The notes under the pieces are model-generated. The model saw only the letters and a program-made list of their open reading frames with translations. It was not told where the DNA came from and did not search any database. The translations under genes and the position numbers were made by a program. A stretch of DNA of 64,000 bases from Ignavibacteriota bacterium (GTDB taxonomy: Bacteria > Bacteroidota > Ignavibacteria > Palsa-1295). This document shows positions 32,369 through 44,643 of the stretch, piece by piece. Where the stretch lies: positions 128,001 through 192,000 of the forward strand of contig CAWBEI010000006.1 of the NCBI GenBank assembly GCA_963787835.1, written 5' to 3'. The stretch's first letter is position 1; every line of letters starts with the position of its first letter.

Positions 32369-34804
32369 TCAATCACCATCATTCTCTTTAGTAACAGCAA
32401 CAAATGCGGCATGAACAGGAGCAGGGCAATTTTTATTGCCTTTCATTGCATACCAGAGCACTTCATTGAATTCATCATCGGGAACGCGATCTTCCGCGCC
32501 GAAATCAAATCCTTCGCTTTGCTTTTGCCATGAGTTCATCGCTATATTCTTTTCGTTCAAATCAATGTTTTCGGGAACAGAATGAAAAGGTGTACTATCC
32601 GCTGTTTCAGAAAAGCTCCGCCACAGAGGGATCGATGCAGCATCGTATTGACTCATGGGAGGTAAACCGAGGATCAATTCTATGGTGCGAAGCACGGATG
32701 AGGTCGAGTACATGGTGTGATCCACGAAATGCCGTTTCACAAAACCGCCGGCTACATAGAGTGTGCTCCGATGGGCGTCCACATGATCGGGACCGTTTTG
32801 AGCGTCGTCTTCCAAAATAAACACAGTAGATTGATTCCAGATCTTGCTCTGACTCAAGTGCTCGATAAATAGACCTACTGCCCAATCATTATCTGCAACG
32901 TGCGCTGACGGAGTAAACCTACCAAGCTGTAGCCCTTCCGTATGGTCATTGGGCAACCTCACCGTGTTAAACTGCGGAACTTTGCCAATGGCAATCAAGG
33001 AATCGAAATCCCGTCGCCATTGATCATACCGCGTGGTATCCCTGACGGATAAGTCCCAGCCGATGTAATGTGGACATAAATGATCTTTCAACACAGGTAT
33101 GTTCGGTTTGTCATCGTCGGCAAACTCGCCATACGACCGGTACGTTACTCCATATTTATTGCATAAGTCCCAGATGAAACCATTTTTATTATTTGCGATA
33201 GCCCTTGTACCTTCCCCATTGTAAAAACCTCCTCTGCCACCATAACTCGTCGACCAGTTCTTCTCGAGGAAGTCAGTTGCATAAGCGCCAGTGCTCCAGT
33301 TATGGCCGTCGGCGCTTACCTCACCATCGCAATAAAAATTATCGAGCAGCACAAACTGTTTCGTCAACGCATGCTCATTGGGAGTAACGTTTTCCCCGAA
33401 TAATACCAAGGACGTATCGCCATTACCATTTAGCATATCGCCCAACACCTGATCGTAGGTACGATTTTCTTTAATGATATAAAATACATATTTGATCGGC
33501 GACACATCTCCAACTTTGTGTGGGATAGGATTTCCGGCAATCCCTTCAGTAGAATCCTCGATGTCTTTGCTATAGGGAGTATTACGGTACACCACCTGAG
33601 AATAGATGCTCATCAGTTTTGTATCGGGAACCGGTATAATGCTGAGGGTTCCTCTAAATAGTCCACCAATGTACTGCACCTTATCACTTTTGTTATGCCC
33701 GGCTTTCTGATAGGCCACTTCCTGGTCTTTATTGCGAGGATTCGGTCCGTTTGGATTTGCAATCGAGGAAAACCCCTTACCATTTGCCACATAAATATTT
33801 TTGCCGATCACCCGCACGCAGGTAGGGTACCAGCCCGTAGGAATAAATCCCTTGCTTTCACTTCTTCCAGGGGAACTCACATCGAAAAACGCTAAGCAAT
33901 TATTGTCGGCATTCGCAACATAGAGCGTTTTATCGTCTTCGCTTAGCGCAACGCTGTTTGTGGTCGAACCATTGGGAGCATTTGGGTATAAGGCCGCATT
34001 GAGCGTTTCAATAACCTTCCTTTTTGTCACATCAATAACGGAGACGCTATTATCATTCGCATTTGCAACAAAAAGAAATTTACCGTTTTGTGTCAGGCAC
34101 ATATCGTTCGGATGGTCACCAACGGCAATGGAGCCAGTAAACGATTTTTCCTTTGTATCGAATAGTTCAACTTTAGAACAACCCCAGCAGCTTACGAATA
34201 GCGTATTCTTGTCGGCAGAAAGCATGCATGTGTATCCCTCTGCTCCCAGATCGTAACGCTCGTAGCGATCTTTTGCGGTGAGGTCGATGATGTAGAGCGA
34301 ATTGTTTTCCTCTGTAACAGCATACAGAATTTTGTTCTCGTCATCCAAAGCGATTCCCGCCGGACAAATGACCTCCGGCCAGGGTTTGCCAATTCGGAAC
34401 GTATCCTTTGCAACGAGCTTCCTGCTCATAATATCATATCGAATGATCCAATTATCATTCCCACCCGATGCATACAGCGATTTTTCATCGCTGCTAAACG
34501 TCAATCCCAGCCAGCTTTTCCCAATCGGCATCGAATCGAGGACTATCTGCTTTGCTACATCAATGAGCTGAATGGACTGGTCGCTCTGACCGTTGTTGGT
34601 GACAGCCATGAGTTTCTTCGATCTGCTCACCGCGATATTGAGCGGCAGATCGCCAAGTGGAATGCTTTTGCCGATAGGCGTTATGCCCCAGCGGTTGGGC
34701 AGCATAATTCTTTTGTTCTCGATCGTTTTGAGTGATTGAGAGTGTGCTGCAATGCAATATAGGCATAAACACAAAACAAGAACTCCGCAACGCGATCGTA
34801 TCAT
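32369..34804 (-). CDS. YncE-like beta-propeller fused to an alkaline-phosphatase-like/phosphoesterase domain
   Basis: YVAN/FVAN repeats; IIKENRTYD, SADGH, LPNDHT, EDDAQNGPDHVD motifs. Confidence 0.85.
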   Translation of the reverse strand: MIRSRCGVLVLCLCLYCIAAHSQSLKTIENKRIMLPNRWGITPIGKSIPLGDLPLNIAVSRSKKLMAVTNNGQSDQSIQLIDVAKQIVLDSMPIGKSWLGLTFSSDEKSLYASGGNDNWIIRYDIMSRKLVAKDTFRIGKPWPEVICPAGIALDDENKILYAVTEENNSLYIIDLTAKDRYERYDLGAEGYTCMLSADKNTLFVSCWGCSKVELFDTKEKSFTGSIAVGDHPNDMCLTQNGKFLFVANANDNSVSVIDVTKRKVIETLNAALYPNAPNGSTTNSVALSEDDKTLYVANADNNCLAFFDVSSPGRSESKGFIPTGWYPTCVRVIGKNIYVANGKGFSSIANPNGPNPRNKDQEVAYQKAGHNKSDKVQYIGGLFRGTLSIIPVPDTKLMSIYSQVVYRNTPYSKDIEDSTEGIAGNPIPHKVGDVSPIKYVFYIIKENRTYDQVLGDMLNGNGDTSLVLFGENVTPNEHALTKQFVLLDNFYCDGEVSADGHNWSTGAYATDFLEKNWSTSYGGRGGFYNGEGTRAIANNKNGFIWDLCNKYGVTYRSYGEFADDDKPNIPVLKDHLCPHYIGWDLSVRDTTRYDQWRRDFDSLIAIGKVPQFNTVRLPNDHTEGLQLGRFTPSAHVADNDWAVGLFIEHLSQSKIWNQSTVFILEDDAQNGPDHVDAHRSTLYVAGGFVKRHFVDHTMYSTSSVLRTIELILGLPPMSQYDAASIPLWRSFSETADSTPFHSVPENIDLNEKNIAMNSWQKQSEGFDFGAEDRVPDDEFNEVLWYAMKGNKNCPAPVHAAFVAVTKENDGD

Positions 34805-34951
34805 AATGTTTTTTTCTCCATGAGATGCCTTCGGACGCCTACTAACGACAAGTCTAATATGCTCGGTTCTTGATGGGCAACCTAAGATTCTAAAGGTAAC
34901 ATTAAATAATGGTTATGCAAGATTTGCTTAAAACTCGCGGTGCCCCAACCA

Positions 34952-35041
34952 TAGCTTGGGCCTGATGCAAGCGGAAGCCACCGCGGCGGGCCACACCACT
35001 TCCCCGCGCGGGAAGCCCGCCAACCTGCTGGGGCGGATAGC
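34952..35041. repeat. GC-rich structured direct repeat, copy 1
   Basis: About 90 nt, nearly identical to 35560-35650; identical core CCGCGGCGGGCCACACCACTTCCCCGCGCGG. Confidence 0.85.
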
Positions 35042-35060
35042 GGCACTGCCCTGTAAGATG

Positions 35061-35321
35061 TTATGGAAAATAACGATACATGTCCTTGCGATCGAGAAAC
35101 CGATGAAGAGTTATGGTATCGCCGTTTAGGAAAAATCCAAGCCTGTGGTCGTGAACATGGAGCCGGAAGGCATTTGCCGCTAACTTTGTAACCTGCCCGG
35201 CATCGCTCAACCGCTTTGCAGATTTCAATCGCTGGATTTGTTTTTCGAGTTGCTCAAGAAGTAAAGGATTACGAATCCCTTCAATATCACGCAGGAACAG
35301 TTTCGAATACTCGACCTTCAC
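35061..35321 (-). CDS. RelE/ParE-family toxin
   Basis: MKVEYSKLFLRDI...FRLHVHDHRLGF...RFLDRKDMYRYFP; start overlaps the upstream stop (GTGA). Confidence 0.8.
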   Translation of the reverse strand: MKVEYSKLFLRDIEGIRNPLLLEQLEKQIQRLKSAKRLSDAGQVTKLAANAFRLHVHDHRLGFFLNGDTITLHRFLDRKDMYRYFP

Positions 35322-35518
35322 GAGTGGCGAAGAATTTTCATCACTTCTTCCTCTGAAACCGTATCGTTCGGCTCTCCTTCTGCCATAAAGTGGAGCATTG
35401 CAATATCCTCCTTCTTTTCATCCGTGAGCACTCGTGCCGGTAAATGCGACTGAGTCAGAAACTGTGCAAGTTGCTGCTGCTCCATCGGATTCTTTGGTGT
35501 GATAACGTAACTATTCAT
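35318..35518 (-). CDS. Putative antitoxin
   Basis: 66 aa from MNSYVIT; acidic C-terminus DTVSEEEVMKIL; coupled to the toxin gene. Confidence 0.65.
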   Translation of the reverse strand: MNSYVITPKNPMEQQQLAQFLTQSHLPARVLTDEKKEDIAMLHFMAEGEPNDTVSEEEVMKILRHS

Positions 35519-35559
35519 ACACTTTGGAACGCAATACCGACCTGCTTCGTGCCATGCTT

Positions 35560-35650
35560 TAGCTTGGGCCTGACGCAAGCTGAAGCCCGCCGCGGCGGGC
35601 CACACCACTTCCCCGCGCGGTAGGCCCGCAAACACGCTGCGGCGGTTAGC
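35560..35650. repeat. GC-rich structured direct repeat, copy 2
   Basis: See copy 1. Minus strand folds as CCGCCGC/GCGGCGG, GCGGGCC/GGCCCGC and AGCTTG/CAAGCT. Confidence 0.85.
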
Positions 35651-35726
35651 TGCACGAAGAGGACAACATCTCGTTTTTTCCACAAATATTTAGAGACTGA
35701 ACCGACTCGCCCCATGTTTAGAATTT

Positions 35727-36446
35727 ATGCCTTTTCCACAAGATGTTAAAACAGAAGCGCTTCTTGCAGCCGGGCGTTGTTGCTGCATTTGCCACAAATT
35801 TTGTGGAGGTAAAATGGAATGTGCACACATTATTGCGGAAGCTTCTGGAGGAGAACCCTCACTCGACAATTGCATTCCTGTTTGTTTCGATTGTCACGCT
35901 GATATCGGACATTATAATACTTCACATCCTCGAGGAAATAAATTCACCACCGAGGAATTAAAAGAACATCGAGATCGCTGGTTTGCCAAAGTTGCAGGAA
36001 CCGCTCACGCGGTATTGCCGGACACTATTGATGTTGATAGAAAAGTATTTGCTTCAATTAGGGCAGCATTGCCAAGTCAAGCTGGGATCAAGTTTCTAAG
36101 GCAGAATAACTTCGCAGGATTCAGCTTTCAAAGCTCCGAATATCACGACATAAAAAACTTTTGGAGGGAACGTGAGGCTCCAGAGAATGAATTTTTGGAT
36201 AGTGACTTAGAGAGCTTACGAGCAAGCTTCATAGACGCTATTGGGATTTTTATCAATGTCATTGGGACAAATATGTTCCCCGTGAATGGGAACGAAGGCT
36301 GGTTTAGTGTGCCACCCGAATGGGAAGACGAACAGCCGGAAAGATTTTTCCGAGTGGTCGAAGAGATTCACAAGACAGCAGCCGAGGTTTGCATTCGATA
36401 TGATGAATTAATCAGAACTGCTCGAAGAAGGCTTAATGTTGCATGA
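35727..36446 (+). CDS. HNH endonuclease domain protein with an unknown C-terminal domain
   Basis: CCICH...AHII...GG...DNCIPVCFDCH. Confidence 0.85.
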   Translation: MPFPQDVKTEALLAAGRCCCICHKFCGGKMECAHIIAEASGGEPSLDNCIPVCFDCHADIGHYNTSHPRGNKFTTEELKEHRDRWFAKVAGTAHAVLPDTIDVDRKVFASIRAALPSQAGIKFLRQNNFAGFSFQSSEYHDIKNFWREREAPENEFLDSDLESLRASFIDAIGIFINVIGTNMFPVNGNEGWFSVPPEWEDEQPERFFRVVEEIHKTAAEVCIRYDELIRTARRRLNVA

Positions 36447-36509
36447 CCTTCCACGAGCTTTAGTCATACAGGATCAACGGCACTTCACGGCTTAACATCT
36501 CTGATACTT

Positions 36510-36543
36510 GAAAGCCCCCACCTTTTTACCGGCGGGGGCTTTC
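36510..36543. terminator. Putative bidirectional terminator
   Basis: GAAAGCCCC/GGGGCTTTC stem between the convergent HNH and AIPR genes. Confidence 0.6.
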
Positions 36544-36548
36544 AGAAG

Positions 36549-37769
36549 TCATTTATTAGCGTCCACAATTAATCGGAGTGTGTTCCAAATGAGGCGTTGC
36601 TTGCCCGTGGTTTGAGCATTCGAGCCTTGCGACTTAGAGAAGTCTACAAGTGCCTCAACCAAGCGGTCCCCGAATTCGTCAAAGAAGCGTTTCGGCTCAC
36701 GAATCCAGCCTGGTTTTTTTCCGCCGATTCCGTAAACATCGAGCAATCCTCGGAACGAAGCCAACATTGGATATACCCATCCATCAGGCAGACCGTATTT
36801 CACTTTATGACCAAGGAGTGGGTGGGATGTGACATCTGCTCCACCCTTGTATACAACTTCCCTAAGGGCCCCGAGCCGACCGCCATTGAAAGCCTTCCTA
36901 TACTGCACCTCGAAATTTTCGTGCAGATAATTATGCAATTCGAGAATGTCTACTGCAAATGGAAAGAGAGCTTCGTAACCATCTTTCCAATCTGGGTCCT
37001 GAAAATTTTCCAAAACTCCGCCTTTCGATCGATACGCTACAAGAGGCTCTCGTTTTTCCGCGTCCCACTTGGGATGGAAAAGAGTTAGTAAACCAAGTAC
37101 TGTCCGTATGTCAACAGTTTGCGGGTCGTTTTCTCGATAGCGGATCCGATCCCCAAATTCTGACGCATCAAGAACCTTTCTTAGTTTGTCGTATCCGCCT
37201 CGTAGCTGTTCTAGCGCGAATTCCTGAACCTGCTTGGAAGTATTCCGCGCCGCTGTGAGTGGCACAATCATATCAGGGGGAATCCCAGAAACAACTTCGA
37301 CATGCACATAAGCATCTTTGTAGAAGTGGGGGGAATCCGTCTCAAGAATTCGCTTTTTATCCTCTTCGCTCAATTTCCCAAGCATGCCCGCTATGACACG
37401 ATCGGTAGTTGCTCCGTCTGCCAGTCCACCTTCATCTCGTGAAGGGATCTCGAATGTAAGGATTCGCTTGTTATTATCGTATGATGCTCTTTTCGCTACA
37501 ACAAGAACACCTCGGTTGAAGATATGGAATAGCTCAGGGCTGTCTTCTAAGCTTTCGGCTATTCTTTTTGGTATACCAGAATTCAGTCTCAATTCATCAT
37601 GACTCCTAGGGTTTATATCGTCTGGGAGTTTCCCATGGGGAAATTCTGCTATTTTTACATAGCAGTGAATGAATCTAATATCCGAGTTATGGGGATTCGA
37701 AAATGACCGAATGAATTCGGCCGGGACGGAAATGCGAGTAATACCCGCATCGGTAGTTGCTTGTGTCAT
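36549..37769 (-). CDS. AIPR-family protein
   Basis: INPR, FHIFNRGV.V.A, ADGATT and ARNTS motifs typical of the AIPR ParB-like core. Confidence 0.75.
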   Translation of the reverse strand: MTQATTDAGITRISVPAEFIRSFSNPHNSDIRFIHCYVKIAEFPHGKLPDDINPRSHDELRLNSGIPKRIAESLEDSPELFHIFNRGVLVVAKRASYDNNKRILTFEIPSRDEGGLADGATTDRVIAGMLGKLSEEDKKRILETDSPHFYKDAYVHVEVVSGIPPDMIVPLTAARNTSKQVQEFALEQLRGGYDKLRKVLDASEFGDRIRYRENDPQTVDIRTVLGLLTLFHPKWDAEKREPLVAYRSKGGVLENFQDPDWKDGYEALFPFAVDILELHNYLHENFEVQYRKAFNGGRLGALREVVYKGGADVTSHPLLGHKVKYGLPDGWVYPMLASFRGLLDVYGIGGKKPGWIREPKRFFDEFGDRLVEALVDFSKSQGSNAQTTGKQRLIWNTLRLIVDANK

Positions 37770-37947
37770 TATATTTTCTCCTTGAGCGGGCGCTAGCTCC
37801 TAATTTAGTATTTCGATTCTCAGTAGCCTTGAGGGATTATCCTGCAAGTTGCCCTAGCTGAGATCGTGACGCATCAAACGATGAATCGAAAATGAAAACG
37901 GATATCCTTCGGATAAGTTTCAGCTAATGAAAAGATTTATGCAAAAT

Positions 37948-37979
37948 AAAAAACCCGCTATTGCAAAGCAATAGCGGGT
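37948..37979 (-). terminator. rRNA unit terminator
   Basis: ACCCGCTATTGC/GCAATAGCGGGT stem with a T-run on the minus strand just after 5S. Confidence 0.8.
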
Positions 37980-37992
37980 CAATATAAAAAAC

Positions 37993-38108
<116 letters not shown>

Positions 38109-38419
38109 AGGTACACTCTGTGTTCAGTAACGAGTACCGGGTAACGAGTACCGAGTAATGCGTTTAGAAGAATGCTGCCTTTTAGAGCGGAGCTCTATTA
38201 GCAATGAACAAATCATGACAATGTGAGCGGTGACGGGCATTACCGCAGTAAGAAAGAACAATAGTTCAAGTATCACCAAACACTATAGTGTGCACTCAGT
38301 AACAAGCTCCATCATTGCTGATGGATCATACTGCGCACTCTATCATAGAGTCGAGTTCATTCGGGAACGCAAACTAAACGCATGATCGCTCATGCTGTTT
38401 GCGTTACAAAATAAATTTA

Positions 38420-41373
<2,954 letters not shown>

Positions 41374-41799
41374 ATTAAACCTATGATACAGTTAGCAGGT
41401 TGCTCTGATTCACATCAGAACTTGTTACTATTGGTGCATCACTACAGTGTTTGATGATCGAGAACGATTCACATCGTTCATCGACATGTACGGATGGCTC
41501 CGTACATCCTGACAACGTCTTGCGACGCTATCAGCCAACTGCATTATTTCAGACGTTTCCGCATGATCGCTCATGCTTCAACGTCTAAACCTTAGCTCGA
41601 TACTTGTGTGTATTCGTGTAAAATAATTACACGATTACCCATTTTTTCGCATTTTGATCTTTCTATGTGCACTCTTTGAACGTCGTTGGCGCGTGGCACG
41701 AGGCGTCTCCGCCCGTGACCCGTTTTGATCGCTTACTAAGCCATTCATCGAATGTCACCGCTCAGTTGTCATTGAACTTTTGGCCCGCCTAAGCAAGCC

Positions 41800-41881
41800 T
41801 GTGAACAGTATCGGACTCGAACCGAAAACCTTGTTTTTCTCACATTGAGAAAAATCAATGTCACACCTGTGCTATCCTATC
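41800..41881 (-). other. Degenerate tRNA-like element in the 23S leader
   Basis: Minus strand: GATAGGA-TAGCACAG...TCGG-TTCGAGT-CCGA-TACTGTT-C-ACA. The T-loop is intact; D and anticodon arms are non-canonical; no CCA. Confidence 0.55.
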
Positions 41882-42254
41882 GTTAAATTATCGTGAAATC
41901 CGCCGTTCATGGGCGGGAGGCACATAACGCGCCTTTTATCGCTCGAAGTTCCGCTCTGAGCGACAAATTGAATGATTTTCTTGGAATTCTTACTCCGTTT
42001 AGGGAGTAAGCCTTGGATCATGGCATGGAGCGGAATGAAAGGCGAATTTCATAATTCATACCTCATCATTCATCCTTACCCTATGTGAGAGCCCCTCGGC
42101 AAAAACCTTCTCGGTACCTATTGGTACGCTCGGGGATGACGTTCAAATTGTGTGGCGTTTAACCTAAGAGCTTCTTGGTGCGTTCCAAAATTACTGAAAT
42201 TTTGTAATTATTTCTTTTGTAGCACCGTTCGATTATGTAGAAAGGAACGCGATC

Positions 42255-42494
42255 ATGGAAACATTAAGCCTCATTCCGTTTAGTCTTGATAACCTTGGAG
42301 ATGAAATAAAGCCGATGGCTTGGCGTGAACGTCTGCTCGAAATCGTTCGTCGAATAATCGAATTTTTTCAGAATGTTGCCAATACGCCGATCGAGGGAAC
42401 CCTAAGGCCGATCGCTATATCCATCCTGACTTTAGCCGTACTCATCTTGGGACTTATTCTGTTTGGGAAGACCCACGCCGCTTGCGGGCCGTAA
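42255..42494 (+). CDS. Small hypothetical membrane protein
   Basis: 79 aa ORF with an AAAGGA upstream and one C-terminal hydrophobic helix. Confidence 0.45.
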   Translation: METLSLIPFSLDNLGDEIKPMAWRERLLEIVRRIIEFFQNVANTPIEGTLRPIAISILTLAVLILGLILFGKTHAACGP

Positions 42495-42507
42495 TGAATA
42501 GAAGTGT

Positions 42508-43198
42508 TTATTTTATTGTAAACCCGATCAGCGTCCATGTTTTTTTGCCCGTCTCCGCACCCGTAACCATATTAGTGTACCACCCGACATCTATCTCCGT
42601 CATTAATTTGATCTGCGGCGCATAATAATAATCGGTATATTGTGTGAACGATGACGACCCACCGTTAGATCCTTTGACGGTAGTGGTGTCAATGGCTTGT
42701 GCCCATTCGGTAGATAAATTTACGCTGCCCGCATTCAGCGTTGGACCAGGACCGACAAAGTGGGTTTGCATTACATCGCTTGAGGATGCGCCAGAATAAA
42801 AAGATACATGCGCACCCGCATCACCGCTGAATGGGAATCGCACCCACTCTGGGCCGCCGCCATAGGGCTGTGTTCTCATTGAGATAAACGCTCACATCCC
42901 CGTTCGATGAATACACATAATTATCGCCATTAGAAAATTGCACCACGTTTTGTTGGCCTTCAAACGAGGATTGCGTTCCCGTAACCGTCGCCGTTACGGT
43001 GTCGCTAGATGTCACGTCAAAGCCGCTGATATCGTATTGCCGAACTACGTATGTAAACGAACTTCCGGTCGTCGGCCCAGAACCTGATGAAGTCGAAGTA
43101 GAAGAAGGACTCGTTGATGATGATTTGCAGCCATTCAAACCAAGTGTGATCAAAGCTGCAATCAATAAGTGGAAACGAAGATTGTTTTTCATAGACAT
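42508..43198 (-). pseudogene. Lipoprotein split by a +1 frameshift (possible sequence error)
   Basis: Lipobox LNGC. Removing one base of the run at 42865-42867 gives ...YLNENTAYGGGPEWVRFP..., matching paralog 22657-23379. Confidence 0.7.
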
Positions 43199-43256
43199 AG
43201 AAAAAATGACGAATCATAAACGTCCGTGAACTTCTATTTTGTTCGAATGGATGTAT

Positions 43257-43662
43257 TCATTTTTCATCGACTCCAAATTCCAACTTAATTCGGTCCGGAT
43301 CTTCAAAATAGATTACAAAATACTTCGGCCCATAATAATCAGCTTCGTAAAGAATCGTAATTCCTTCACGAATTAAGAAATCCCGAAGTGCAAGCACGTC
43401 CTCTTTACTCGAAAGAGCAATTGCAATGTGATCGAGTCCTACCTGCTTTCGATGATACGAAGCTTCTATGAACCGAGGGTTAACCTCGGTTGAAATAAAT
43501 ATAGAATCCCCCTAATCGCCAGCAAAAACTCTTTTCTTCGCGCTTAATCGTGCTTGCTTCGAAAAAAGAAGAAAGAAGAGAATAAAAATGATAAGATGTA
43601 TCGAGATCGCTTACGTTAAGCTCGATATGATGAACGCCGATGACCTTGTTCGATGGTGTCAT
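43257..43662 (-). pseudogene. VOC-family gene split by a +1 frameshift (possible sequence error)
   Basis: HHIELNVSDL..S..FY in one frame; VGLDHIA...YFEDPDRIKLEF in the +1 frame after about 43490. Confidence 0.75.
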
Positions 43663-43739
43663 TATTAAAACCACACAACAGCACCTCCACAGCTTTTACT
43701 CGTATTAAAGCTGAATCAATAAAATCGAATGTAAATAAG

Positions 43740-43780
43740 AAGCCGTCTTCCATCGCAGTTCTCAGGATGGAAGACGGCTT
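43740..43780 (-). terminator. Hairpin terminator after the small-protein pair
   Basis: AAGCCGTCTTCCATC/GATGGAAGACGGCTT 15-bp stem. Confidence 0.7.
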
Positions 43781-43794
43781 AACTTAATAGGTGC

Positions 43795-44178
43795 TCACTT
43801 CCCTGTTTCATGCACCGGTGTTCCAATAGCCGACATCAGCGAATTGCAGATGGGCAGGAATGTTCCAAATGTGAGCGGTCCATCGGGGGTGGCGCTTAGG
43901 TTTTTGATCACTTTCGAAAGCGCTTCTAAATGCGCTTTCGTGACCTTCGGATGGCTCTTGATAATGTTCCCAAGCAGCGCCACCAATCCGTAGAGCGTGG
44001 CCGGAGTTCCGTTCGGTACCACCGAGAGCGTGATCTGCATTGCAGTCAGCATCTCCGGCGTCGCGACGATACCGAGGATTTCGAGGATGTTAATCTCTGC
44101 AGTGACCGTCAGCGGCGTGCTCGTTGGTACGACGACTTCAAGCATTGCGAGGAATTTTTTATTTTCTTGCATAAGCAT
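43795..44178 (-). CDS. Hypothetical protein (127 aa)
   Basis: ORF directly downstream of 44205-44507 and followed by a terminator. Confidence 0.65.
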   Translation of the reverse strand: MLMQENKKFLAMLEVVVPTSTPLTVTAEINILEILGIVATPEMLTAMQITLSVVPNGTPATLYGLVALLGNIIKSHPKVTKAHLEALSKVIKNLSATPDGPLTFGTFLPICNSLMSAIGTPVHETGK

Positions 44179-44204
44179 GTCCGAGTTTATGGTGAATACT
44201 TATT

Positions 44205-44507
44205 TCAAAACAGTGAGCCCAGAATGCTGCCGAGCGGTCCTGCAACATCGTTGATGATCGAGCTGAGTGGATTGCTCGAAGACTGGCTTGGCTGCTGTGG
44301 CTGCGATTGTGCGGGCGTGCCCGTGGAAGTTGGGGTGCTGGGAACCGAAGGCGTTCCCGTTGCGGTACGCATAGGCGTCCCGCCGCCGGAAGGTCCTTGA
44401 TATCCATACGGTGGAATAAATCCCATTGTAACCCACCAGGGCGGCGTTGAATACTGACATCCGCAGCAGCATCCGCTATTGCTTTCGTTCATTGTTGAGA
44501 TCTCCAT
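44205..44507 (-). CDS. Hypothetical small protein: CCCGC motif, P/S/T/Q linker, amphipathic C-terminal helix
   Basis: Protein-like modular composition; follows a candidate promoter. Confidence 0.6.
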   Translation of the reverse strand: MEISTMNESNSGCCCGCQYSTPPWWVTMGFIPPYGYQGPSGGGTPMRTATGTPSVPSTPTSTGTPAQSQPQQPSQSSSNPLSSIINDVAGPLGSILGSLF

Positions 44508-44574
44508 ATTATCAGATTATACAAACTAAACTTACGCCCACGCGAGCTATGCTCAAACGTCAAGACGATTGTTG

Positions 44575-44620
44575 CAAATTTACAATGAGACCTTCGAAAA
44601 CCACCCCACAAAAACCCCAC
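44575..44620 (-). promoter_or_regulatory. Candidate promoter with direct-repeat operator
   Basis: TAAATTTG (-7 type) at 44575-44582; GTGGGGT repeated at 44603-44609 and 44614-44620 (11-bp period). Confidence 0.5.
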
Positions 44621-44643
44621 GATTTTTGACCGTAACAATTTCA

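Noticed and set aside
34952-35650. CRISPR array or classical integron
   Set aside because: There are only two long repeats enclosing genes, no cas or intI gene, and no canonical attC ends.
35318-35683. 121-aa version of the antitoxin ORF
   Set aside because: The N-terminal extension reads through repeat copy 2; ATG 35518 is the more plausible start.
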